A stretch of 63,076 nucleotides of DNA, counting the filler, from Welwitschia mirabilis (Eukaryota): the NCBI GenBank assembly GCA_051453625.1. It is 3 parts of one record of this genome, joined end to end, with 100 filler letters (N's around TTAATTAATTAA, not from the genome) between each part and the next. Parts side by side here need not be neighbours in the genome. Positions count along the whole stretch, not along the records: positions 24,163 to 48,575 come from JBOZIK010000001.1; 2 more parts are not named here. One strand, written 5' to 3'. A program made the position numbers and the translations under genes. The notes under the pieces are model-generated. The model was not told the DNA's origin, made no database searches, and saw only the letters and a program-made list of their open reading frames with translations. Below, in pieces: positions 25,060-38,100 of the stretch; within the stretch, counting starts at the first letter, position 1, and the number at the start of each line of letters is the position of its first letter.

Positions 25060-26045
25060 TGTGTGACTGATACTCCTAAGCTAATCATCTTGGGATTGAA
25101 AAGACACCTGAAGGGGTCGATTGGACCTAATGCTAGAAATTAGAAAGATCTCTATCAAGATAAGTAAGTGATTGGATTTTATAATAGTTGACCAAATTAG
25201 GATCAATTAGACCTAGACAACATCAACTAGATATGAAGCCATAAGAAATTGGAGTAATTGAGATTTTTACTTGGGTGACCTATGTAAGTCATGACACCAA
25301 ATGGAGTTGACCAGACTTTTGAGAGATTGACTAGATGGAATAGAATGAAAATTTTCTATTTGTTATGTATTCATTATGTATCTACTAGATAGCAATTTTC
25401 TATCCATTTATAGTCATTGGAAGCACATTTTCAAATATAATAAACCCTAAAAGCCTTCTAATATAAATATCCAAGAGACAGATGATAAAAGAATCTTCTT
25501 AAAACCTTTCCTAATATGGTTAATCTTTTGGATCTAAGGAACTAGCACTATAATCTTGTGATATTCACTATTATTCTTAGCATTTATACTTTTGACCAAC
25601 AAAGAAGATTTATTAGGAAAAGCACTCCATCAAATGCACTAAATTGAGAATGAGTGATATTTATGCATTAAGGCATTATTACTATTTCTACTACCTCCTA
25701 TAAAGGTTGAGACTAATCCAATAAAAATCCATTTGTAAAGATTATCGATAGACCTACAATACGTGAAAGAGTTAACAAAGATCTAGATCAGACTTGGGGA
25801 TAAGCTAACTATTAAGTGTGGATTAGGAGCTTTTCCAAACCATTATAAATCCTACATGCATATATTTGGTATTTATGCTTTGAGTTAGTTTGTTTCCTTA
25901 CTTCTGGTAGCTTTTCTTTTCATGCAATTTTTGGATTAGTGAATTAATTTATGCAATTTTTGATATATCTTTGATTTGCTTAAAACAAATTATTTCCATT
26001 TTTAAAAACCTATTCACCTCTCCTCTATGATTCTTAATCCTATTA
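25060..26045 (+). repeat. Partial Sirevirus-like LTR (same family as 52720-54193)
   Basis: Co-linear with about 53185-54193, carries GTCGAC-type motifs and ends CCTATTCACCTCTCCTCTA..CCTATTA. Confidence 0.85.
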
Positions 26046-26047
26046 CC

Positions 26048-27145
26048 TAGATGATTCTTAGACAATGAATGCTTCAGACATATGATCAGTGACAAGAGAT
26101 AATTTCATACATTTATCAGCTATAATGAAGGAGAGGTTTCTTTTGCTAACAATCGAAAAGTAGACATTAAGGAAAAAGGTATGGTTTGTAAATATGAGCT
26201 TACAAAAATTGATGATGTTTTATATGTAAAAGGCCTTAAGCATAATCTATTAAGTATTACTCAAATCTTTGATAAAGGGAATATAGTTGTATTTAATAAA
26301 AATAAGTGTGTGGTAAAAAACATGTCTAGCAATAAGGAGCTTTTAAATGCCCATCATTTAGAAAACTTGTATTCCATAAGATGTGGGTCTAATGCTAAAG
26401 AGTTTTATGGTTTTACTTAAGTAATTCAAGAACATATTGGATATAGAATAATGAGTCTTCTAATTATTTCTATCTTAAAGATAATCTCTCAAGAAGATTC
26501 AACTAGGGATTTATTTAAACTTAGTTTTTCAAATGTTTTCTTATGTAAATAACATCATATAGGAAAACTAATAAGGTCTTTTATTAAGTCCAAGTCTAAG
26601 ATACCCTCCCGAGGGCCTCTAGGATTGTTGTACAGATTTAATAAGGCCTAAAAAAGTTTAAGATATAAGTGGTAAAAGATATTCTATGATGATTGATAAT
26701 TGTATTTCCTTTACATGGATTGAATCTTTACTTTCTAAACCTAATGCTCTTAATAAGCTTTGTTATCTTTTTAGTAAGTTTCAAAATGGAAAAAGCCTTA
26801 CTATTAATAAATGTATATCTAGTTATAGAAAATTTGAAGCTATTAATAATACACTAACACTTGATTTATCAAAGGCTATGCATAAAAGTTTGCTTAAAGA
26901 GATCAATTTCTTTTTAGTATTATAGCTTAGGAATGATCTTAACCAATCTAAGTATGTCAAGAACATGTAAAGATATACAAAATTGATCAAGTAAAGAAGG
27001 TTTTCATCTTCATGTCCACATCCCCAATAATTTAGCTTGATCATGTGTTAACAAATAAACAACATGCAGACATATTTACCAAGCTACTTTTAGAAGCAAG
27101 ATTTAAGCTTTCAAGGGTTAAGTTAGACATAGGAATATGTCCAAC
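26048..27145 (+). pseudogene. Collapsed copia pol (protease, partial integrase, short RT piece, RNaseH end)
   Basis: *FLDNECFRHMISDK; VLYVKGLKHNLLSITQIFDKG; MIDNCISFTWI..FQNGK; EINFFLVL..NQSKYVK; QHADIFTKLL. All lie within about 1.1 kb. Confidence 0.85.
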
Positions 27146-28472
27146 CAAGGTATGATTTTTTTTGATTAAATTTAATACCAAAATTTGTACATTTTATTAA
27201 TTTTTTTAGTGTATTAAAAGAATCATTTTTTTTCTTTTTACTGTCATTTATGATTTCATATTTGTTTCTTGTCAAAACTATCATTTTTATTCTTGTCATT
27301 GGACCTTCCTATTACTCCATGATTTCAGACATCTGTCCCCTTAGGAGTTTAGATGTATATCCATTTGAGAGTGGTTCTCAGGCTAAGTGAAGGCCAACGT
27401 CTTTTCCNNNNNNNNNNNNNNNNNNNNNNNNNNNNNNNNNNNNNNNNNNNNNNNNNNNNNNNNNNNNNNNNNNNNNNNNNNNNNNNNNNNNNNNNNNNNN
27501 NNNNNNNNNNNNNNNNNNNNNNNNNNNNNNNNNNNNNNNNNNNNNNNNNNNNNNNNNNNNNNNNNNNNNNNNNNNNNNNNNNNNNNNNNNNNNNNNNNNN
27601 NNNNNNNNNNNNNNNNNNNNNNNNNNNNNNNNNNNNNNNNNNNNNNNNNNNNNNNNNNNNNNNNNNNNNNNNNNNNNNNNNNNNNNNNNNNNNNNNNNNN
27701 NNNNNNNNNNNNNNNNNNNNNNNNNNNNNNNNNNNNNNNNNNNNNNNNNNNNNNNNNNNNNNNNNNNNNNNNNNNNNNNNNNNNNNNNNNNNNNNNNNNN
27801 NNNNNNNNNNNNNNNNNNNNNNNNNNNNNNNNNNNNNNNNNNNNNNNNNNNNNNNNNNNNNNNNNNNNNNNNNNNNNNNNNNNNNNNNNNNNNNNNNNNN
27901 NNNNNNNNNNNNNNNNNNNNNNNNNNNNNNNNNNNNNNNNNNNNNNNNNNNNNNNNNNNNNNNNNNNNNNNNNNNNNNNNNNNNNNNNNNNNNNNNNNNN
28001 NNNNNNNNNNNNNNNNNNNNNNNNNNNNNNNNNNNNNNNNNNNNNNNNNNNNNNNNNNNNNNNNNNNNNNNNNNNNNNNNNNNNNNNNNNNNNNNNNNNN
28101 NNNNNNNNNNNNNNNNNNNNNNNNNNNNNNNNNNNNNNNNNNNNNNNNNNNNNNNNNNNNNNNNNNNNNNNNNNNNNNNNNNNNNNNNNNNNNNNNNNNN
28201 NNNNNNNNNNNNNNNNNNNNNNNNNNNNNNNNNNNNTTTTCCTTAAAAGGCCAAATGTTCATGTACCTAAGGGATGCAAATTTACATTTTATTCTACTAA
28301 AATCCTCCTTGATCATTCACTTCTATAAATTCAATTGTGCCACCTTTCTTTTGTCTTATCCTATTACTTTCTAGTGGTCTAGTCCTCAAAAGTAGGTTTT
28401 TATTTTTTTCTCCTTAGTATTTTTTCTTATCTTAGTAGCTTATCTCTTTTCTTCTTCTTGTTTGTTTCCATC

Positions 28473-28991
28473 ATGCCAAGGTATAACATCCCTACTTTAA
28501 TAAAAAATAAAAGTAAATAAAACAATGCAAAACCTATTTTTAGGACTCCTAGGATAAAGGTAATGTGGACTCAAATCTTCAATAAGAAGCCTCTTTCTCT
28601 AGAGAGGGTTACTTTGTAGGATATTTTTAGACATTATTTCACTCTCCTATCCAAGTTGGAAGAGTTAGTTTAGAATTATATTCTAAAAGCTCATATAGAA
28701 GCTTTAATGAATTTGGTTCATATATTTTACTGTAATAGTTCCTTTCAGCATGAGCAAAATCAGTTTGTTTTAAATCTATATGGTATTAAGAATGAGATTG
28801 ATCTTGAAATAATTTCTAATGCTACTAGCTTTTCATTAGACTATGTAGACTATGTGCATATCTTTTCAGTTTTATTTTTGAATAGTTTAGCTCCCAGAAT
28901 AACTCAATGAAGTATTGTGTAAAAGACAAGAGCAATGGCTCCACTCAGTTTTTGAAGCCAATTTTTATGGTACCCTTTCATATTATCTCTA
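28473..28991 (+). pseudogene. ENV-like extra ORF of a Sirevirus-like element, 5' part
   Basis: Downstream of RNaseH: ..IFNKKPLSLERV..LVHIFYCN..LNLYGIKNEIDLEIISNA..LKPIFMVPFHIIS. LVxxFYxN is typical of plant retroelement extra ORFs. Confidence 0.65.
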
Positions 28992-30066
28992 TGTTTTGAT
29001 GCATATTTATGTAACATTTACATCTTAAGTAGAATCTTATTAATCACAAATATAATACACAAATGCAACATGCTAGCATACATGGGAGTGACTTAAATGT
29101 TGTAATCCATTAAAGGCCAAAGTAGGAAATAAGAGAGTTGCTTCTCATAAAGAAATAGTTGCACACTAATCTACAAAAATAACTTGCAATGCATGAAAGA
29201 AAAATATAATATAGTTGTGCAAATCTAATCTAGTAAAAGGAAACAACAAAGCACTTAATCTAAACTAACTAATCATAACCTTAATAAAGGTTGTCTCATA
29301 ACTTATATCATTAAAGAAAGTATCATTTTATTAGAAGGAATATAAGCTAATAGGATGAGAAACAATCACACATTAAAATCAAAAAAACAAAATGTTTTAT
29401 ATTAACTGAACCATATTCGTCATACAAAGTAGCTGCAACTTAATGGAGGAAATTCTACCCAACACCAAGAAAACATCTCTCTGCAACTATAATGATTGAT
29501 ATCTATTTCTTTGATCTCCTATCATAAGAATTTCAAGTGCAACATAATGATAATAAATATTCAAGGGTAAGATATTTATTTATTGAAAAGACATAAAGAT
29601 GTGGGTAATCTGTAATAGTCACACAAAGATAAACAAAAAAATACATGTGATAGAAGTTAGATGAACAGTTAGTATAGATATTATAATAATATCATCTAGC
29701 TAGTCATCCAGATGATAGAGGAGAAGATGTCACCTCATAATCAATCCACATCAGCTACCAAATAGACTAAAATCAGCATCCATATAGCACTGTTATATGT
29801 ACAGTTGTCTAGACAATTAGATGAATAATGGTTTTTAATAATTCTTTAATTATTACATTAACCTCAATGGTTTACAAGAAGTTGTCTTCAAAAATGTAAA
29901 GTATTCATATTTCTTTAGAATGCTATAAATTATAATAAAGATTACGTGTTTTCATTCTTTTCATCTTAGCTCTTCATTATCACAGAAATGAAACATCTAC
30001 CTATCTATTTACTTATAAAACCACTTAAAATACTCTATTAAATATGCATAAGTTACCAATGAAACA
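28992..30066 (-). repeat. Athila-like gypsy 3' LTR (family B)
   Basis: TGTTTTGATGCATATTTATG...GAAACA, followed by a PPT complement and 3' UTR (30067-30509). Homologous to the LTRs at 40246, 42893, 46814 and, inverted, 59946. Confidence 0.88.
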
Positions 30067-30509
30067 TAATCCCTTGCTTAACCTTATCAATCCCTAATAA
30101 AACCAAGTAATGAATCATGTTTGTAAGCTAATGTATTGGATAATAAAATAGCTAGGATACTCGAGGAAGTTATCTTTGAAATATTTGTAAAAATTACAAA
30201 TATATGAATTAAATTTTAAAAAATAAAAAAAACTAAACATTCACCTACCAGAAGCTCAACTAATCAGTTGTCTGAGTCATCATCTAGATGATGGAGGAAA
30301 TGACAAGCTCAAAAAAACGTTTTAAAATTTAGAACCTATGACAAAATTTTTATTTTTTTTAAATTGATAATTAGTCAAAGTAATAGAATAATCCTCCACT
30401 AAATAAAGCAGTAATGAATGAAAGTTATCCAAGTAAATGAATATAAATCCTCATCATGAAATGTAAAAATTAAAAGATAATCATGAAAAATTAGACACAA
30501 ATGAGTGCA

Positions 30510-33500
30510 TGTTGTGATGCTAATTTATAGGAATTTGATGGTGTATTTGAAGTATTTTTACAGGACATTTATATAAGTCTAGATGTAATTTTGATAATTA
30601 TGGAGAGTCGATGGGATGATTACAAAAACACATAATTCTTGACATAATTAAAGGTATTTTAGGCATATTCTGATACTTAGTATGATGGAGGAAGATTAAT
30701 GATTAAGAAGGCTGATTTTCTTTACCTAAGGAGCTTTGCAAGGATGTCATCCCTACTATCATTCCCACAGTAAAAGGAATAATAGTCCTATATCCATTTA
30801 TTAAAATAGCAATGTGGACTGAAGCTTAACAACCAATGAAGCCTCTTTATAGGGGAGGTATCATTCCCATTATCATCCCCATAACATGATGGATGATGAC
30901 ATGTCTAGAGTTAACTACAAGGTCAATTATAGAGCTAGAAGCTAATTAATTATCTATTATTAAAGGGGCATTATCCCCATTATCTTTCTCATGATAGTAA
31001 GAATGATAACTATTTTATATAAGCAGGACTGAATTATCTTGTAATGGGGTTATGTACCCTACTTGGACTGCTAAGGTTTTTTTATCTAACTTCTATGGTT
31101 ATGGATTTAGAACTTTTAATGAAAAACTATAAATACCCCTTTTTGTTCTTACTTTTAAGCCATCTTTTTTACTTGATATTCTCATGATAGAATATTAAAG
31201 ACAAAAGGTTCATCCAATGGATATAGAAAGGAGTTTCCTTAGTGTTAAGCTGAGTCTCTTCTATTGAGGTACTACTATCTTGTTATAAGTGGATGTAAAG
31301 ATTCTTGAATTAATTCAATTACTTTTTAAATCAATATAAATTACTATTTTCATTTTAATTATGTATATGTCCCTTATGGTTTACACTAATCATAGTTTAA
31401 AGTGACAATTCTATGATTTATCTAAATCATAAGGACAACCTTTATCAAGGTTGAGTTTGGTTACTATTAGATTGCATTATTATTCTATTTCCATTTTACA
31501 TTACATTCCTTATTCTACTTAGTATATCTCATAGTTCATATTGATTAGGAATAAATGAAGTACTCTTTTTAATTAAACTAGATTATAGAGAGCTAGTTCT
31601 TGTAATAGAAAAATTAAGAATGAATAAAATTCATTATATTTCCATTTGCATTTCATATCCATTTACATTGCATTACATTTACTCTATTATTTACTTTTAT
31701 TTGTTAAAAGATAAAAGGCTAAAAATACCTTTGGAAATTAATTATCTAACTTTGAGCCTAGTTCCTTATTAGGATTATGACATTAAGGTAAAATCCTTTT
31801 TATACTAATGTGTGTTTTTTTATAAGTTATTTAATATACAAGTTTACCTGAAGGACTTTAGGATTGCATAAATTCACACTGTAACATTTTGATACCATTC
31901 GTGGGGAAGGTTGGAAGGAGTTAGAAAATTATCACTAATTAGATAAGTACCTTGAATCTTCTGTTTAGGTTATTTATTTAAATTAGCACTATATTTCTAA
32001 CATAGCTTAAAATAGATTTATTTTCACAAATTTTATTTTCCATAATTCTTAGGAGCCCTATCCTCAACTCTGTCATCCTTACAATGTTGGGCATAACATT
32101 TTTAAATTTTGAAATTTATTTCTATTTTTGTAATTTTTCTTCTATTTATAGTTTAGTAATAAAGGTGCTATCATCCTATCTATTATTCACATAATAGCCT
32201 AAACAACAATCTTGTTTTTTGAGTTTTGGTAATTTTTTTTAGTTTTTCTGAGATTTTGAGTTTTGGTCTTCTGAGTAAATTTTCAAAATTTTTTTCTCAT
32301 TTTTTTTCCTACATTTATTATTATGATCATTGTCCTCTACGTTATGCTCATGACATACTAAATGATAGTTTAATTTTTTAATTTCTATAATTTATTTTCT
32401 AGAGTTTGGTTTTTATGTGATCATCATCTCCCTTGTCATTCCCATAACTAGATGGATGATGAACTATTATTTTTTATTTTGATTTTCTATTTATTTTTTG
32501 TGCATGCAGGGACATAGTGAATTTTGATGAAAGGACAAAATATCAAATGGAGCAGAATTCAATTGAAGAAAATATCAAATAAGTATTATTTAACTTTAAT
32601 AAAAATCCAAGTATGCACATCACAAGTATGTAAGTTCCAAAGATTTTTTTCCATCTTATTTTATAATCAAATTTTCCTTTTTCTCTATAGTCATTTTGTT
32701 AGTTATTTTTATGATAGTTAAAATAGACAACCATTACATATATTTTGAGTATTAAGGACCAACAATTTTGATAAAATAATGTAACATCAAAAAGAGGAAA
32801 ACTTGATCTTTATTATGTCCTTATCTTTCTTATCATATTGAAATAAAATTTTCTTGTTTCATTCTTCTTAATTGCTTTAATGAATAGTGATAGTAAGACT
32901 GTTGGAAAAATTCTTATTGAAAGAAGGAAAATCTTGAAACATTCTAAGAATAATATAAGAAAAAATTTCAAGATATCTTTGCAAAAAAGAGGAGAAAAAT
33001 TTCTAAGGCTTATAATGATTAAACACTTTAAGAGGTTTTTCCAAGAGAAATAACAACATAAAATACTATTGAGAGTAGGAATTCAACCCCTTCCTCTTTT
33101 CAATCTTCTTATTTTTTTCCTTCTTCTTTTCAAATCTTATATAGAAATAATGATGAATATTTTCCATATTTTAAGGATTTTGCCTCCTTTAGATAAACTT
33201 TCCATAATTTTTTAATCAATCCCTACCATCTCTCATGCATCACTATGAATAAGAATCATCTCCTATGACCTACTACAAGGAAGAAAATGATCCAATCAAA
33301 GAAGTAATTAATAAAATGAAGAAACACCAAGAANNNNNNNNNNNNNNNNNNNNNNNNNNNNNNNNNNNNNNNNNNNNNNNNNNNNNNNNNNNNNNNNNNN
33401 NNNNNNNNNNNNNNNNNNNNNNNNNNNNNNNNNNNNNNNNNNNNNNNNNNNNNNNNNNNNNNNNNNNNNNNNNNNNNNNNNNNNNNNNNNNNNNNNNNNN

Positions 33501-35110
33501 NNNNNNNNNNNNNNNNNNNNNNNNNNNNNNNNNNNNNNNNNNNNNNNNNNNNNNNNNNNNNNNNNNNNNNNNNNNNNNNNNNNNNNNNNNNNNNNNNNNN
33601 NNNNNNNNNNNNNNNNNNNNNNNNNNNNNNNNNNNNNNNNNNNNNNNNNNNNNNNNNNNNNNNNNNNNNNNNNNNNNNNNNNNNNNNNNNNNNNNNNNNN
33701 NNNNNNNNNNNNNNNNNNNNNNNNNNNNNNNNNNNNNNNNNNNNNNNNNNNNNNNNNNNNNNNNNNNNNNNNNNNNNNNNNNNNNNNNNNNNNNNNNNNN
33801 NNNNNNNNNNNNNNNNNNNNNNNNNNNNNNNNNNNNNNNNNNNNNNNNNNNNNNNNNNNNNNNNNNNNNNNNNNNNNNNNNNNNNNNNNNNNNNNNNNNN
33901 NNNNNNNNNNNNNNNNNNNNNNNNNNNNNNNNNNNNNNNNNNNNNNNNNNNNNNNNNNNNNNNNNNNNNNNNNNNNNNNNNNNNNNNNNNNNNNNNNNNN
34001 NNNNNNNNNNNNNNNNNNNNNNNNNNNNNNNNNNNNNNNNNNNNNNNNNNNNNNNNNNNNNNNNNNNNNNNNNNNNNNNNNNNNNNNNNNNNNNNNNNNN
34101 NTACATCATATCTTGAAGAAAATAAGAACTTAGACATAGATGATAATGATTCGTGCTTTTAAATAGAAGATGAAATTTTGGATCATATTTCAATAATCAA
34201 GATGAGGATCACCATTCATTAGATGATATTAAGGTATTATATTATATTCCTTTCATTTATTTACTGCTAGATACTAATAATGACAAGAAAAGTGAAGAAA
34301 CAAGCTAACTAACTAATGATTAAGATAATAGTAAAGAAACGGATCACAATAAAGGACCCATGAAGATTCAATTCAAATTTTATAAAGGATAGACTTGTTC
34401 TTTCCATCCATACTTCTACATCCTTTCCACTTATGCCTTTATGTACAACTTTAAATCACGTCCTTTCTTTTACTTCTACTTTCATTTTTACATTCCCTTA
34501 TGATTGTAATCATGATAGCCCTTTTCCATCTCTTCCCATTAAATTTTCTTATAATTTTCAAGGCGATGTTCCTTTTCTTGACTTTCATAACACTCATAAT
34601 TTTGAAGAGTCTATTTCTCATATCTCTGAATTTCTTCCTTTTAAAAATTCATGTGATACTCAAAGTAACATCCTTTCTTTTACTACAAAGTCTACTTTAT
34701 TTTAGGTTTTTCATGATTATTCTTTTTAAAAATTTGACTTGACATATCTTGGAATTTTGAATTGGGTAATCCTTATCTTCTTGATGATAACCCATGCTTA
34801 GAGCTAAATCTTAAAGAGCATCTTAATCTTATTCAACATTTTTAAAATCCCTCAAAAACGTCTAGACTACATTATTTAAGTAGTACCTTGAATGAATTAC
34901 ATAATAATACTCTTGCTTTATACTATTTTCATAAGAGATTATTTGTCAATAAAATTTATTATTTCTTTATATCTTATTTTGATTTTGAAAATTGTGCTAT
35001 TAAAGTTTTATTATTTTTCTCTCTTACTTCCAATTAATTTTATTTTATAATGAGTGCATACCTTTATATTTTATCAATTGGTTTTTATTTGGTTTGACCC
35101 TTATTTTTCC
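30510..35110 (+). mobile_element. Athila-like element: 5' LTR (30510-31886), PBS-like site (31890-31907), degenerate internal region
   Basis: LTR TGTTGTGATG...CTGTAACA, then TTT-TGATACCATTCGTGGGGA. The leader is the reverse-complement homologue of 3900-4125. No pol motifs recognised. The right boundary is approximate. Confidence 0.7.
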
Positions 35111-35119
35111 AAAAAAATA

Positions 35120-38100
35120 TAACACCTAAATGCACTTTTTACACAACTATTTGAACTTCTCAATGATTACCCAGAATTACTTGAATCATATATAATCTTA
35201 AAATCTAGTTCTTAATTGGGTCCCATTAGTAGAGGAGCATAAGAAAATTTAACTTTAAGCCTATCAAATGCAAGTTGATAAGATTCATTCCATTCAAATT
35301 TGCCTTCTTTCTCTAGTAACAAGTGAAGGAGTTTATAGATATTCACATAATCATGAATGAACTGATGTTAAAAATCATGATGATCAAGAAAAGATCTAAT
35401 CTATTTAACTTAGGTTTTGAATAATACCAACTTTAGACATGTCCATTCTAAATACCTATTTTAAGATATGATGATCTAAAATAATGTTACTTTCTATAAG
35501 AAATATGCTTTTTCCAACCCAAGTATAGGCTATTAGAAATGCAACAGTCTAAGACTTTCTCTAATCAATCTAAGATTTGCTTAAAAGTTTTAACATAAAT
35601 AGAGAAGGCATCCATAAAAATATTAATGGAATCCTCAAGCATATTATAAAATATACCCATAATAGCATACTGAAAAGTATTGGGAGCATTACAAAGTCCA
35701 AAAGACATGCATTTAGAAGTGAAAGTACCAAAAGGAGAAGTAAAAGTCATTTTCTCTTAATTATCACTAGCAATGCAAACTTTATTATAATTCATATAAC
35801 CATCAAGAAAATTGTAAAAATTATGACCCTAAATCCTATTAAGAATTTGATTAAAAAAAAACAAAAGAAAAATGGTCTTTTTTGATTTCTCTATTAAGTT
35901 TTTGAAAGTCTATGCATATTCTTCATTTCCCATGTTTTTTGGAACTACCATCAAGGAGCTAATCCACCTACTATTAGGAATTCAATAAATGATTTGAGCA
36001 TCTATTAGTTTTATGATTTAATCTTTTAAAATTTGTTTAAGAGCTAGATTAAGTCTACATTGGGATTGTCTCATACGTTTAGCATTTTCTGTAAGGTAGG
36101 TTTTATCTCACATAATGAAACTTGGTATGGCTATTAAATAATTATTAAACTAATCAAATGCATTTACCTTAGATTAAAAAAGAGAAACAAGATTCAATAC
36201 TTATTAAGGGGTAATATTTTTATTGAAAATTAAGGATTTATTTAGATCACTATTTAGAAAAATGTATTTCCATCCACTATCTAAAGGTTTTAGATTCATG
36301 TTTAAGCTCATATTTTTAGTTTCTGTAAAATTTCCAGGGTAACAGACTATCATTTTAGACTACTANNNNNNNNNNNNNNNNNNNNNNNNNNNNNNNNNNN
36401 NNNNNNNNNNNNNNNNNNNNNNNNNNNNNNNNNNNNNNNNNNNNNNNNNNNNNNNNNNNNNNNNNNNNNNNNNNNNNNNNNNNNNNNNNNNNNNNNNNNN
36501 NNNNNNNNNNNNNNNNNNNNNNNNNNNNNNNNNNNNNNNNNNNNNNNNNNNNNNNNNNNNNNNNNNNNNNNNNNNNNNNNNNNNNNNNNNNNNNNNNNNN
36601 NNNNNNNNNNNNNNNNNNNNNNNNNNNNNNNNNNNNNNNNNNNNNNNNNNNNNNNNNNNNNNNNNNNNNNNNNNNNNNNNNNNNNNNNNNNNNNNNNNNN
36701 NNNNNNNNNNNNNNNNNNNNNNNNNNNNNNNNNNNNNNNNNNNNNNNNNNNNNNNNNNNNNNNNNNNNNNNNNNNNNNNNNNNNNNNNNNNNNNNNNNNN
36801 NNNNNNNNNNNNNNNNNNNNNNNNNNNNNNNNNNNNNNNNNNNNNNNNNNNNNNNNNNNNNNNNNNNNNNNNNNNNNNNNNNNNNNNNNNNNNNNNNNNN
36901 NNNNNNNNNNNNNNNNNNNNNNNNNNNNNNNNNNNNNNNNNNNNNNNNNNNNNNNNNNNNNNNNNNNNNNNNNNNNNNNNNNNNNNNNNNNNNNNNNNNN
37001 NNNNNNNNNNNNNNNNNNNNNNNNNNNNNNNNNNNNNNNNNNNNNNNNNNNNNNNNNNNNNNNNNNNNNNNNNAGTTTCTATAAAATTTCCAGGGTAACA
37101 GACTATCATTTTAGACTACTATTTCGATATTAGTAGTGGATGTCCACACTCAAAATTAGAAATCTTAGGTCTACTAAATTCTTAGACTTCTACACAGTTA
37201 ATAGGCTCAGACTCTCTACTCTTCAAATCTGAGAACTTAATTTGTAGATGGTCAAAATTAAGTTAATATTTAAAAACATACAAGTAGTTTACTTTTGATT
37301 TATCATCAAATAAGGTTGATTTATAAAACATGAACCATCCTTATTTAAGTGGAAATTTCTATAAAAATGGAGTTGGTCTAATTTCGTTTGCACACTTAAA
37401 TCATTGCCTAAATATTTTTTGGTTTCATCAAAAACTCTTATTAAAAACTGTTTATTTCTAAAATAACCCTTTATCAATCTTGTTCTTATATCTATAATAT
37501 AGTGGAATATTGCATAGAAAGATCTACTTAGAAGTCAAGGATATCTATCATGCTGCTCAACTTCTAAAGCTAAAACATCAATGGGATAGAGATCTTGTTC
37601 TATCTAAATGATCAAGTCCTTAATCATACCTAATGGTTTCTTCATAGAAGTATCAACTTGCTCTAAAATATTTCATGTAGGTTATACTTTTTTTTTTCAA
37701 ATGAAAACTCTAATAAATATGCAAGAGCATGATGTTAACATTAACTCTAATATCTATTAAGGCTTTTTTAATCCTATGGTTTTCTTCTAAAGTGACACTC
37801 ATAGTTGCCACACCTCAATATTTAAAGTTTGGAAATTTTTAGAAAATGAAATTACTAATGAATTGAGATAGAAAAAATTTACTAAGGATGGCTTATTTTT
37901 GTTTTCTTCTTATCAAGTCTTTCGATAACTTAAAATACTTTGGTCTTCTTGCAAAAGTTTTTAAAATCATAAGTTAATACTCACATTTTATGTTAAGGCA
38001 TTTAAATGATCATCAAAAATAGGGTTTGTGTTAAACCTATCAAGCCATGAAATAAAAGGTTTCTTATGTGAAGAGTCTTTCTCTTTATTGCTTAATGGAG

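Noticed and set aside
26030-26100. LTR fused directly to protease as a novel element lacking PBS and gag
   Set aside because: This LTR (GTCGAC type) differs from the 3' LTR of the downstream element (GGACGTCC type, 44919), so it is most likely a separate insertion just upstream of the protease.
27353-37109. Long ORFs of 250-310 aa in the ORF track (around 27353-28328, 33256-34193, 36363-37109)
   Set aside because: They are almost entirely X residues read through N gaps.
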